A stretch of 64,000 nucleotides of DNA, taken from Candidatus Uhrbacteria bacterium RIFOXYC2_FULL_47_19 (GTDB lineage Bacteria > Patescibacteriota > Patescibacteriia > SG8-24). Shown here piece after piece: positions 10,153-18,959 of this stretch; positions within the stretch are counted from its first letter, which is position 1; the number at the start of each line of letters is the position of its first letter. The notes below the pieces were generated by a model, which searched no databases, was not told where the DNA came from, and was given only the letters and a program-made list of their open reading frames with translations. The stretch is from the NCBI GenBank assembly GCA_001791745.1, contig MGFG01000010.1, positions 3,351 to 67,350 on the forward strand, in the 5' to 3' direction. The position numbers and the translations under genes were made by a program.

Positions 10153-11211
10153 ATGAGCGAACAGCTGCGTCACATTATTCCAATCTTCTCTACCATGCGC
10201 GAGGCAGCGCACACCCATTATCGCAAATCTGGTTTGATCCACGTGCCAGCTCCGCAGATCGTCGGAATTACTGGCGCTTGTGAAAATGTAGACACATTAT
10301 TTCGAGTTGGTAGTCGTGTTGGAGCTCAACTCTTCTTCTGTCAAACCGGACAATTAAACCTCGAACAGGCACTCCAGTACAATCCAGGTGTTTACACCAT
10401 TATGGTTAGTGGACGTGATGAGGAAATTGAAGACGATCGCCACTTACGTCAATTCAATCTAGCGGAAGAAGAGTTCGATTGGTCATTCGTTGGCGCTGAA
10501 GGTGAAACCTACAACGAAGAAAGGATGTACCAGGCACTACTCGAACACATCGAAACAACGGTCAAATCCATCGCCACAACAACAGTGGATCGACATGCAA
10601 CACTACTAGCTGACCGCTTTGACCGAGATGTCTCAGGTCTAGCGAATAGTTTGACCCTCCCCTTCCATCGAATCAGTTATGAGGAAGCGATTAGTCTGCT
10701 GAACAAAAATGGTTTCCCACAACTCAGCTGGGGCGCAGATTTGAAATCAGAACATGAAGCGAAGGTTGTGGAACTACTAGCTGGTGGAGAAATGCCGCGT
10801 CCAGTATTCATCATGCGTTATCCTAAAGAGATTAAATTCTTCAACATGAAGGTTTCGGAATCAGATGATCGGGTAGCAATGTCGGCTGATCTAGTCTTTC
10901 CACGTGCTGGCGAAGGTGTCGGATCGGCGGTCCGCGAACACAACGCAACCAAATTAGAGCAACGACTACTTGGATCGGAAATGTATCGGCTACACCTAGA
11001 ACGCGGTGGCAAGCTCGAAGACTTCCGCTGGTATCTTGATCTAGTAGCTTCAGGCGAAACTAAACCGCACGCTGGCTATGGCATTGGTCTAGAAAGAGTA
11101 GCCCAGTACATCCTCGATCGATCGGATATACGTGAGTGCTCGATCTTTAACCTGATGGCAATGCAGACCAAAGACTGGGTAGTGCGTCAACCTGTACCAA
11201 TGATGGCCTAA
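10153..11211 (+). CDS. AsnRS-like catalytic-core protein lacking the anticodon domain (candidate archaeal-type asparagine synthetase)
   Basis: Class IIb motifs QTGQLNLE, RDE...RHLRQF, YPKEIKFFNM, PHAGYGIGLER; about 350 aa with no N-terminal OB fold. Confidence 0.75.
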   Translation: MSEQLRHIIPIFSTMREAAHTHYRKSGLIHVPAPQIVGITGACENVDTLFRVGSRVGAQLFFCQTGQLNLEQALQYNPGVYTIMVSGRDEEIEDDRHLRQFNLAEEEFDWSFVGAEGETYNEERMYQALLEHIETTVKSIATTTVDRHATLLADRFDRDVSGLANSLTLPFHRISYEEAISLLNKNGFPQLSWGADLKSEHEAKVVELLAGGEMPRPVFIMRYPKEIKFFNMKVSESDDRVAMSADLVFPRAGEGVGSAVREHNATKLEQRLLGSEMYRLHLERGGKLEDFRWYLDLVASGETKPHAGYGIGLERVAQYILDRSDIRECSIFNLMAMQTKDWVVRQPVPMMA

Positions 11212-11239
11212 GGTTTAATCAATCAAAAAGGATAGTATG

Positions 11240-11276
11240 AAAATACGGAGTCGAATATTCGTTCGACTCCGTATTT
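11240..11276. terminator. Bidirectional terminator
   Basis: AAATACGGAGTCGAA...TTCGACTCCGTATTT hairpin between convergent genes. Confidence 0.75.
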
Positions 11277-11304
11277 ATATTGATTGAAATAATTTAACGT
11301 CGCA

Positions 11305-12531
11305 TTAGATCTTCTGACTTAAAACTCTCCTGTAAACTCCCATAATATTCTGATAGTGCTGTTCTGGCGAATAATTACGCTCAGCAACCTGACGTGCCGA
11401 ACGACCCATTCTCTCGCTGGACTTAGGGTCAGCCCATAATTTAGCCATGGCCTCAGCCAACCCAATAACATCACCGGATTGAACCAATTGACCAGTCTTT
11501 CCACTTTCAACAATTTCACTTAAACCACCCATTTGCGAAGCAATGACTGGCTTACCAGCAGCATAAGCCTCAAGTGCAGTAAGTCCAAAAGTCTCATGAC
11601 ACAACGATGGTATAACCACAAAACGGGCATTGGTGTACTCACGACGCAACTGCTCACCAACTTGATAACCGACGAAAGTTACATTGCGCAGTTTTAGTTC
11701 ATTGGCGAGATGTCGTAACCGTTCACCATCCGACCCAACACCAACGACACGAATCGGCAAATCGCCAACCATTGCAGCTGCCCGAATCAATGTTTCAACT
11801 CCCTTTTCTGATGACAACCGTCCAACATACAACGCATAATCACCCTCATAGCTCGGCTGCCAAGAAGACACATTAATAAAGTGAGGTATCTGAACAATTT
11901 TCTTGTGGTCGATACCATAATCCTTAAGCGTGGCGGCAACAAAAGCACTCGGAGCAATAACTACATCGATATTGTCGCGCCATAAACCCAATAGTCGGTG
12001 CAAACTCATCTCCGCAGCGCAAACCGCACTTGCAACCATCGAACCTCGCACGCAACGATGCTTGACCGCCTCCCAATAATGATCGGGTCTAGTATGTCTA
12101 CAAACCTGACCATCATGAAACAGGCTATAGTTCGGTGCAATTAGTTTGTAGTCATGTGCGGTCATCACTACCGGAATCCCCCGCCGCCGAGCAACTGGCA
12201 AAATGGACGGTGAAATCTGATGATAAATATTTTGAATGTGAACTAAGTCGGGCAAAGATTCACGAAGTAACGCCCCAAACTTATGCTTGGCCTCGAACGA
12301 ATACATATACCGACCGACTGTACGCAATCCCTGCCACGACATGGCCGATGCATCGCTTCGAACCGAACTAACAAACCAGCGATCCCATCCAGTTGATTCA
12401 TTCCGCCCGTCCTTCATAGCAAACGGAACTACTTCATGTCGGTGTTCAATCAAAAGATTGCGCAGATCAAACATATAGCGCTCAGCCCCACCCTTCAGAA
12501 AAAAATACTTGTTAGCAAAAATTATCTTCAT
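11305..12531 (-). CDS. Glycosyltransferase family 4
   Basis: GGAERY start motif; PSLCHETFGLTALEAYAAGKPVI. Confidence 0.93.
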   Translation of the reverse strand: MKIIFANKYFFLKGGAERYMFDLRNLLIEHRHEVVPFAMKDGRNESTGWDRWFVSSVRSDASAMSWQGLRTVGRYMYSFEAKHKFGALLRESLPDLVHIQNIYHQISPSILPVARRRGIPVVMTAHDYKLIAPNYSLFHDGQVCRHTRPDHYWEAVKHRCVRGSMVASAVCAAEMSLHRLLGLWRDNIDVVIAPSAFVAATLKDYGIDHKKIVQIPHFINVSSWQPSYEGDYALYVGRLSSEKGVETLIRAAAMVGDLPIRVVGVGSDGERLRHLANELKLRNVTFVGYQVGEQLRREYTNARFVVIPSLCHETFGLTALEAYAAGKPVIASQMGGLSEIVESGKTGQLVQSGDVIGLAEAMAKLWADPKSSERMGRSARQVAERNYSPEQHYQNIMGVYRRVLSQKI

Positions 12532-12553
12532 CTCGAATCACGAATGAGTCGAA

Positions 12554-14089
12554 TCATTTTAGGACACCCTCTTTTTTAGCTAAAACGTAAACACAGGCAG
12601 CAAAAAGCCATAAATACAACGCCAACGTGCGAACCTCGAGATAGGTCCCCAAAGCGGCTTGTAGAGTAATCGCCGCTAAGCCACCAACCAGCCCCAAGGC
12701 CAAACCCTTTAATAATGGGTCCCTAGATCGACACCAAACCCGCCAAGACATAATGGCTAACGCAATAAAAATCCAAACATAAAACACCAAACCGAGTGTT
12801 CCAATTTCACCCCACAGCGAAAACCAATTATTATCGATATATCCATCAGTGCCGTAGACACCGAACGGTAAGTTCAGTTCCTGATAGACGCGCACATTTC
12901 CCAAGGCTGCAGCTGCCCCACCACCGTACTGCCCAGGCCCAACACCAAAGATTGGTGAAGAAGGAACTACTGTCGTCACTGTTTGCACCAACCAATACAG
13001 TCGCCCCATGCCGTAATACTCGCCACGCCAACGCTCGTAGGAGAAGGCTTCAAACAAACGCTCGACTGCAGTCTGTTCGGGATAGTCGGTCAGATAACGT
13101 ACGGCCAGACCGGACCAAGCTAAGTAGCCAACCGCCAATACAATCATTGCTAGATAAGCAAGTCGAACTCGACGATCGCGCATTAACCAACCACCAATGA
13201 TTAGTAGTCCCAAAGCAAAACCAAACCAAGAGGCACGTGACATAGTTAGGAGCAGGGCCGGTAAAATCACAGCTAGCACAAAAATTAATCGACTACGCGT
13301 TAATCGACTACGAAGCGAGTACCATAATCCTACAGCTAGCAAACCAAAGAACGACAAGAACGTACCCAATTGATCGTATCGACCCATGGTCGCAAAAATT
13401 CTAGTACCTGGAGACCACGTCTGTTCGGTGCCACTCGTCAATTGAATACTCTCATAAAAGCGTTGCTCGCTAGGAATGAGTATTTCATCAAGTGGAGCAC
13501 CGACAAACGACTGAACGATACCCAATACCGATTCGAAAACCACTACCCCAAACATGGCCAAAACCAACCGGCGAACAAACCTACGCTCTGGTTCCAAATA
13601 AACCACAGCAAAGAACATCAACATGAACCGAATAATCTGTCGCAAACCTAACAATCCACTGAACCATGGAACCGCATTCAACACCAACGAAGTCAGTGCG
13701 ACTATCAAAAAGAAAACAAACGGTAGATCGATTGGTGTCGAAGTCAGCTCACGACGGCGCGATAGCACCTTAAGTACAGCAACAGCAACTAAGCCATAAA
13801 TCAATATCTCTGGCAGATAGCGAGCAAAGATATAGAGCTCATCAGGCACAAATTTAAGCAAGAACGGTTCGAATGGAGTGTAGATGGCCAGGGCCAGAAC
13901 CATGGTCTCGGGACGAAACAAAAGCAACCAAGCAATCATTAGCCCAGCAATCACACCCAACATCTTCCAAGGACCCAAAAACAAAACCGAAACTATGGTC
14001 AATGAAGTGACCAGAGCGAACAGAACAGCCAAACGACGATCGCCGGACGACCTAAATAGATTGGGGATCGATTCGAGTAAACTTTTCAT
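12554..14089 (-). CDS. O-antigen ligase/Wzy-family polytopic membrane protein
   Basis: More than 10 TM helices; TMSRASW, GVGPGQY and DNNWFSLWGEIGTLGL motifs. Confidence 0.85.
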   Translation of the reverse strand: MKSLLESIPNLFRSSGDRRLAVLFALVTSLTIVSVLFLGPWKMLGVIAGLMIAWLLLFRPETMVLALAIYTPFEPFLLKFVPDELYIFARYLPEILIYGLVAVAVLKVLSRRRELTSTPIDLPFVFFLIVALTSLVLNAVPWFSGLLGLRQIIRFMLMFFAVVYLEPERRFVRRLVLAMFGVVVFESVLGIVQSFVGAPLDEILIPSEQRFYESIQLTSGTEQTWSPGTRIFATMGRYDQLGTFLSFFGLLAVGLWYSLRSRLTRSRLIFVLAVILPALLLTMSRASWFGFALGLLIIGGWLMRDRRVRLAYLAMIVLAVGYLAWSGLAVRYLTDYPEQTAVERLFEAFSYERWRGEYYGMGRLYWLVQTVTTVVPSSPIFGVGPGQYGGGAAAALGNVRVYQELNLPFGVYGTDGYIDNNWFSLWGEIGTLGLVFYVWIFIALAIMSWRVWCRSRDPLLKGLALGLVGGLAAITLQAALGTYLEVRTLALYLWLFAACVYVLAKKEGVLK

Positions 14090-14195
14090 AGCTGGGATGA
14101 TTGTATCATTTTTCCTCGGTGGATGCTGCTTTACTTGCGGTTCGGGGATGACAAATAGAGTATCATCGTCCCAGACTCCGAGCCGGGGGCTAGGA

Positions 14196-14445
14196 TGGAA
14201 TTCTTCAACAGTGGAAGCTCCTCTCCCCCGGGAACCCCGGCTCCGCTCCGCAGGGGACGGGGCTCACGCCCCGGACTCCCTTTCTTTAACCTAGAGGAGT
14301 TCCTCTCCCCCAGGACCCCCGGCCCGGTTTCTCTGTCCCGTTAGAGAAATGAGGGAAAGAGAGCGGCCGCCCTAACTCCCACTATGTGTGGGACCTTATG
14401 TCCTCGGGCCGGACGGGCCTCCGGCGCATACCGTCGCGGCACGGG
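14196..14445. repeat. GC-rich end module, copy 1 (shared with 22291-22500)
   Basis: Shared blocks GGAATTCTTC, GACTCC(C)TTTCTTTAA, CCCCCAGGACCCC, GTTTCTCTGTCCCG, CCGCCCTAACTC. Confidence 0.75.
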
Positions 14446-15143
14446 ATGACATATTAAAGCACTGTCGTCCCGAAACTGCGAACTGAACATTATTCCTCCT
14501 GTCGTCCCGGAACTGCGAACTGAACATTATTCCTTTTGTCGTCCCGGAACTGCGAGTGTAGCGAGCAGTATCCGGGACCCAGGAGTAAAGAGATTGGAAT
14601 TAGCTTCTGGATCCCGGATAGACCTCGCCTTGCTCGGTCTTCCGGGATGACAAACTATTAAGAGTTGCATTTCCGGGATGACAAATTAAAAAGGCTCGAG
14701 GTTTCAAGATGACATATTAAAAAGTAAGGATGACAAATACATAAGAAGAATTGAGATAACAAAAAACACTGTCGTCCCGGACCGAAACCCGGGACCCAGG
14801 ATGTTTCTCTTCAGCTAATGTCGTCCCGGAAGGAGCGCAGCGACTATCCGGGACCCAGGAGTAAAGAGATTGGGATTAGCTTCTGGATCCCGGATAGACC
14901 TCGCCTTGCTCGGCCTTCCGGGATGACAAATTAAAATACTGTCGTCCCGGAACTGCGAGTGTAGCGAGCAGTATCCGGGACCCAGGAGTAAAGAGATTGG
15001 GATTAGCTTCTGGATCCCGGATAATTGCTAACGCAATTTCCGGGATGACAAACTATTAAGAGTTGCATTTCCGGGATGACAAACTATTAAGAGTTGCATT
15101 TCCGGGATGACAAACTATTAAGAGTTGCATTTCCGGGATGACA
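14443..15143. repeat. REP-like palindrome array B
   Basis: Head-to-head TGTCGTCCCGG-loop-CCGGGACCCAG / CTGGATCCCGG-loop-CCGGGATGACA pairs; tandem 31-bp unit GGGATGACAAACTATTAAGAGTTGCATTTCC. Confidence 0.93.
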
Positions 15144-15151
15144 AAGATTTT

Positions 15152-15173
15152 CTAAAAATCAAGATTTGACCCC
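15152..15173. repeat. 22-bp inverted repeat, left
   Basis: CTAAAAATCAAGATTTGACCCC; 21/22 match to the reverse complement of 17630-17651. Confidence 0.85.
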
Positions 15174-15313
15174 AAAAACAAAACCCCCGCGGTACCAAGC
15201 GGCAACGCGGGAGTTAAAGTATGTTTTCGGATTTGGCCCCGAAGGTGGGGCCTAGAAAAGAACTAGTAGGGCGCGGCAGGCTGCCGTGCCCTTGGTCAGG
15301 TGGGTTGGGGGGG

Positions 15314-16087
15314 CTAGTCGAGGTTACCAGCCGGGATGACTGGACCGTCCTCCGAGTCGGTAGTGACTCGGATGGAACAACCATCCTCCTGGCAGTAAAT
15401 GTAGGCCCGATCGGCCTCACACATGACTGCCAGCTGTTCCTCCCCTCCGTACTGAGCCCAACCGTCACGGGCGGGATTTGCTCTACCACAGTCATATCGA
15501 CCGCGGTAGGAGAACCGATAGGACACTCCCTCTACAAGATGAGGGTGACCATCGGTCTCGAGCCAACCGTCGGCATTGGAGTCGACGGCTACGGCCAAAG
15601 CATCCGACCAGGTGCCTCCGGGGAGTTCGCCGAGGATGTCGGCGCACTCGTTTCCGGAAATATACGAACTGTTAAATTCGTACTCTCCGTCGGAGTTCAC
15701 CCGGAACGGACCGGGGACGCAGTCCCCGTCCGCGTCGCACTCGGCGCCGAAGCCGTCGCCGTCCAGGTCGGCCTGGTCCGGGTTGGCGATCTCGGGGCAG
15801 TTGTCGGCGTCGTCGAGCACGCCGTCGCTGTCGATGTCACAGACGGTGTCACTGTCGCTATCGGCATCGGCGTCGACATCGGAGTCGGCGTCGACATCGG
15901 AGTCGGCATCGGAGTCGGCGTCGACATCCGAGTCGGCATCGGTATCCGAGTCGGCGTCGCTATCCGCGTCGCCGTCGCACTCGCCGTCGGGGCACTGCTG
16001 CTCCTCCGGCGGTTGAAGGCCGCACCCCCCGAAGAGGGCGACGACCGCCACGAACAACCACCAACCAACAAAAAGCTTCTTTGCCAT
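15314..16087 (-). CDS. GC-rich orphan lipoprotein with DADSD acidic repeats and thrombospondin type-3-like Ca-binding motif
   Basis: MAKKLFVGWWLFVAVVALFGG-C lipobox; (DADSD)n tract; DIDSDGVLDDADNCPEIANPDQADLDGDG; SD GGAGGAG. Confidence 0.8.
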   Translation of the reverse strand: MAKKLFVGWWLFVAVVALFGGCGLQPPEEQQCPDGECDGDADSDADSDTDADSDVDADSDADSDVDADSDVDADADSDSDTVCDIDSDGVLDDADNCPEIANPDQADLDGDGFGAECDADGDCVPGPFRVNSDGEYEFNSSYISGNECADILGELPGGTWSDALAVAVDSNADGWLETDGHPHLVEGVSYRFSYRGRYDCGRANPARDGWAQYGGEEQLAVMCEADRAYIYCQEDGCSIRVTTDSEDGPVIPAGNLD

Positions 16088-16253
16088 TTCTCTACTCCTC
16101 CAGGGCCGCCCCGTCCTCATTTTACGAGGCGGCCCCAAGCTGTTTCTGTCACACGGCCTTTAACCCAGCCACGGGCCGGACTTACGTCCGGGGTTTGGTT
16201 CCGATTTATCCCGCTACCAAGCGAGACCAGGTTCGGAAATTAACCTGTTTTTT

Positions 16254-16352
16254 CTGGATCCCGGATCAAGTCCGGGACGACATTATTTGTCAGATCGACA
16301 TTTTTGTCAGATCGACAAACTCTGTCATCCCGGGCCGAGACCCGGGATCCAG
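16254..16352. repeat. Inverted REP pair separating the two cargo genes
   Basis: CTGGATCCCGG-atcaagt-CCGGGACGACA ... TGTCATCCCGG-gccgagac-CCGGGATCCAG; spacer holds a duplicated TTTGTCAGATCGACA. Confidence 0.9.
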
Positions 16353-16374
16353 CAACGACATTCAACCGCTGGGT

Positions 16375-17328
16375 TTAGAACTCCCAGCGGAGGGCAATCC
16401 CGCCCTCGACCCCCACCACGGGGGAGACCTCGCCCCCGGTTATCCCGACCCCAGATGGAACGGAAACATGAATCTCCAACCACTGGGCCCGGTCAAACCG
16501 GAACGAGGCCTGCGGTGCGGCGGTTATGAACGCCGCCTCGGCGTGGAGGGACTCGTCGAGCCCCGTCCACATTCCCTGCAAGGCCAGTCCGAACCGCCAG
16601 ACCCCGTAGGATCGGCGGATGTTCCAGCCTAGCTCGCCTCGAACGAAGACTCCGAGCGGACGATCTGACCCGTCCGCCACGAGGCCTCCGTCGAGCACGA
16701 CGGAGAACCGCGGCGTGAAATTGAACTCCACGCCGCTTGCCGAGATCAGCGCCCCGGTGTACCGGAGGTCATTCGACCCCCAAAGCGCCAGGACATTGAC
16801 GCCAGGCAGCCGATAGACGATCGGCCGCCGTTCCTCTAGCTCCGTGACCCGCTCGATGAGCTCGTCGATCCGCCCGTTGGCTTCCTGCAGGTCTCCCCGC
16901 AATTCGCCGACGAGCGTCTCAATACTCCCAAGCCGGTTGTCGATGGCCACCAAAAGGGTGGCCTGACGATCGAGCTCGGTCCGAAGCTGGACGAGCTCGG
17001 TCCGGAGCTGGGTCAGCTCGCTCTCGACACGGTCGACGCGAGTGGCCAATCCACCCACGCGACCGTCGAGCTCGCTGATGCGGGTCTCGATGGTCGAGAT
17101 CCGCTCCAAGAGCCGGCGCCAGCCCTCACGGGCTTGACGTCGGGCCTCCTCGCACTGCTCCGCCGTCTCGAAACAACGGCGGATGCAGTCGCCGACCGGG
17201 CCAGTCGGCAGAATCATTGTCGAAGTCACGGGGACCACGTCCCCGGACATCTGTCCGTCCTGACCGCGAGCCTCGACGGCCACGGTCAGCGCCATGGCGG
17301 CAACGGCCGCCGTCAGGAACTTTTTCAT
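16375..17328 (-). CDS. GC-rich orphan secreted protein: coiled coil plus putative outer-membrane beta-barrel
   Basis: Sec signal MKKFLTAAVAAMALTVAVEARG; about 100-aa heptad region; alternating amphipathic strands ending GIALRWEF; SD AAGGAG/GAGGAG. Confidence 0.75.
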   Translation of the reverse strand: MKKFLTAAVAAMALTVAVEARGQDGQMSGDVVPVTSTMILPTGPVGDCIRRCFETAEQCEEARRQAREGWRRLLERISTIETRISELDGRVGGLATRVDRVESELTQLRTELVQLRTELDRQATLLVAIDNRLGSIETLVGELRGDLQEANGRIDELIERVTELEERRPIVYRLPGVNVLALWGSNDLRYTGALISASGVEFNFTPRFSVVLDGGLVADGSDRPLGVFVRGELGWNIRRSYGVWRFGLALQGMWTGLDESLHAEAAFITAAPQASFRFDRAQWLEIHVSVPSGVGITGGEVSPVVGVEGGIALRWEF

Positions 17329-17544
17329 CTCCTCACTCCTTCCGACCCTCCTCAGGGCCGGTTTCAATTTTCAAAAATCTTGGACTCACGGGAACCATCC
17401 CATGAAGCCCTCAAATCGCCGGACGGTTTCGGACGGGGACAAGGAGGAGGTATCTCCGTCCTAGTCCACCCGGCGATTTCGGGACTCCATCAGCCCTACT
17501 TTAAAATCTTAAAAGCTAGACCTTTCCCAGCTTCACGACGGGTC

Positions 17545-17573
17545 AACTTAACATAAAATTGAAGTTTTGTCAA
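17545..17573 (-). promoter_or_regulatory. Shared cargo promoter 1
   Basis: TTGACA-17bp-TAAGTT in context TGTTAAGTTG. Confidence 0.75.
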
Positions 17574-17629
17574 GGGTAAGGATGGAATAAGCCCAAAACA
17601 GCCGTCCAACAAGGCTGGACAGAAAAATG

Positions 17630-17651
17630 GGGGTCAAATCTTGACTTTTAG
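17630..17651. repeat. 22-bp inverted repeat, right
   Basis: GGGGTCAAATCTTGACTTTTAG. Confidence 0.85.
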
Positions 17652-17667
17652 CCTTTATGAGATTTTT

Positions 17668-18132
17668 CCTGGGTCCCGGGTCTCGGCCCGGGACAACATT
17701 ATTTTATTTGTCATTCTTACTTTTTCTATTTGTCATCCCGGAGATGCAACCCTTAATAGTTTGTCATCCCGGAATCGTGAGCGAGCGTAGCGAGTCGAAC
17801 GATATCCGGGATCCAGAATCCGATCGGTTTTGCTTCTGGGTCCCGGATCAAGGTCGAGCCGCAGGGGAGGCCTGAACTGCTTCAGACCGACACGGCGAGA
17901 CCGGCGAGGCGATGTCCGTAGACCGAGGACCGCCGAGTCGCCGGGACGACATTATCTCGCTTGTTATTCTTACTTTCTTCTCTATTTGTCATCCCTGAAC
18001 CATTTTCTTTCTTAGTTTGTCATCCCGGAATCGTGAGCGAGCGTAGCGAGTCGAACGATATCCGGGATCCAGAATCCGATCTTTTTTACTTCTGGGTCCC
18101 AGATAGCCGCTGTCGCGACTTCCGGGACGACA
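17668..18132. repeat. REP-like palindrome array D
   Basis: Two identical TGTCATCCCGG-aatcgtgagcgagcgtagcgagtcgaacgatat-CCGGGATCCAG units, inverted partners, and TTTGTCAT half-units. Confidence 0.92.
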
Positions 18133-18206
18133 AAAAATCCTAAACAAAAAAACGCATCTCTATAACAGAAACGCGTTTCTTAAAACTCAAACCTAAAAAA
18201 TCCAAA

Positions 18207-18833
18207 CTACTCGAACATTCTCCGACGTTGCGGTGCAGCTGCCAAGACATAGCCCGACCCGGCGATGAAACCAAGCACCAAACCAGCTAGTGCATTAGCC
18301 GGAATGTTAGGCTTAACCGGCCAACGGGAGACGAGTGGCGAATCAACCTGACGCACCTCCAAGTCGCCACCACCAACATACTTATAACCCTCGGTCGTGA
18401 GCACAAAAGCGATGGCTTGAGACAACTGCTCAGCTTGTTCAGGATCGATATGATAAACAGTCACGTCGAGCATACCCGAACCACGTACCACCTGAGTAGC
18501 GATGGTCTCACGCCACAATGCCCGCCGCTTACGTTCGTCCTGTCCAAAAATCGACTCATCAACATTAAACTGAGCGGCCATGACCTTGTCATAAAACGAG
18601 GTCGTGTAGAGTATCTGTGCCAAGTTGTCAGAGATGCGCTCCGAAGCCTTAATGGCTGTATACGGATCGACGGTCGATAATTGCTTCTGCAAAATCAACA
18701 GACGCATCGATGAACTGTAGCGCAGCGGAAAGGCGAAACTGACAACGGTCGCAAAAATGGCCGCTAATACCGCAAATAATGCGATCTTCTTCCAGCCGCG
18801 CTGCAACAATCTCGAATAGCTTATTTCCGACAT
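18207..18833 (-). CDS. Wzz/CpsC-like polysaccharide chain-length determinant
   Basis: N-terminal TM with P.RYSSS; C-terminal PVKPNIPANALAGLVLG TM. Confidence 0.8.
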   Translation of the reverse strand: MSEISYSRLLQRGWKKIALFAVLAAIFATVVSFAFPLRYSSSMRLLILQKQLSTVDPYTAIKASERISDNLAQILYTTSFYDKVMAAQFNVDESIFGQDERKRRALWRETIATQVVRGSGMLDVTVYHIDPEQAEQLSQAIAFVLTTEGYKYVGGGDLEVRQVDSPLVSRWPVKPNIPANALAGLVLGFIAGSGYVLAAAPQRRRMFE

Positions 18834-18959
18834 AGATTGAATTTGCGAGTTAACCGCGGAGGATAGCACAGAAACACTATTCCGTCAATCCTACGTGGGC
18901 CTTTTGAATGTTCAAACAATTGGAATTCAGTCCAAAGCGAACCCAAACTTCACCATAAT

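Noticed and set aside
15043..15143. CRISPR-like periodicity
   Set aside because: Exact 31-bp tandem copies with no unique spacers and no cas genes.
15221..16243. 340-aa plus-strand ORF with GVGVD repeats
   Set aside because: Antisense to the lipoprotein, which has the SD, signal peptide and recognisable motifs.
17470..17500. CTGATGG..GAAA resembling a hammerhead or fluoride riboswitch core
   Set aside because: Required stems and conserved positions are missing.
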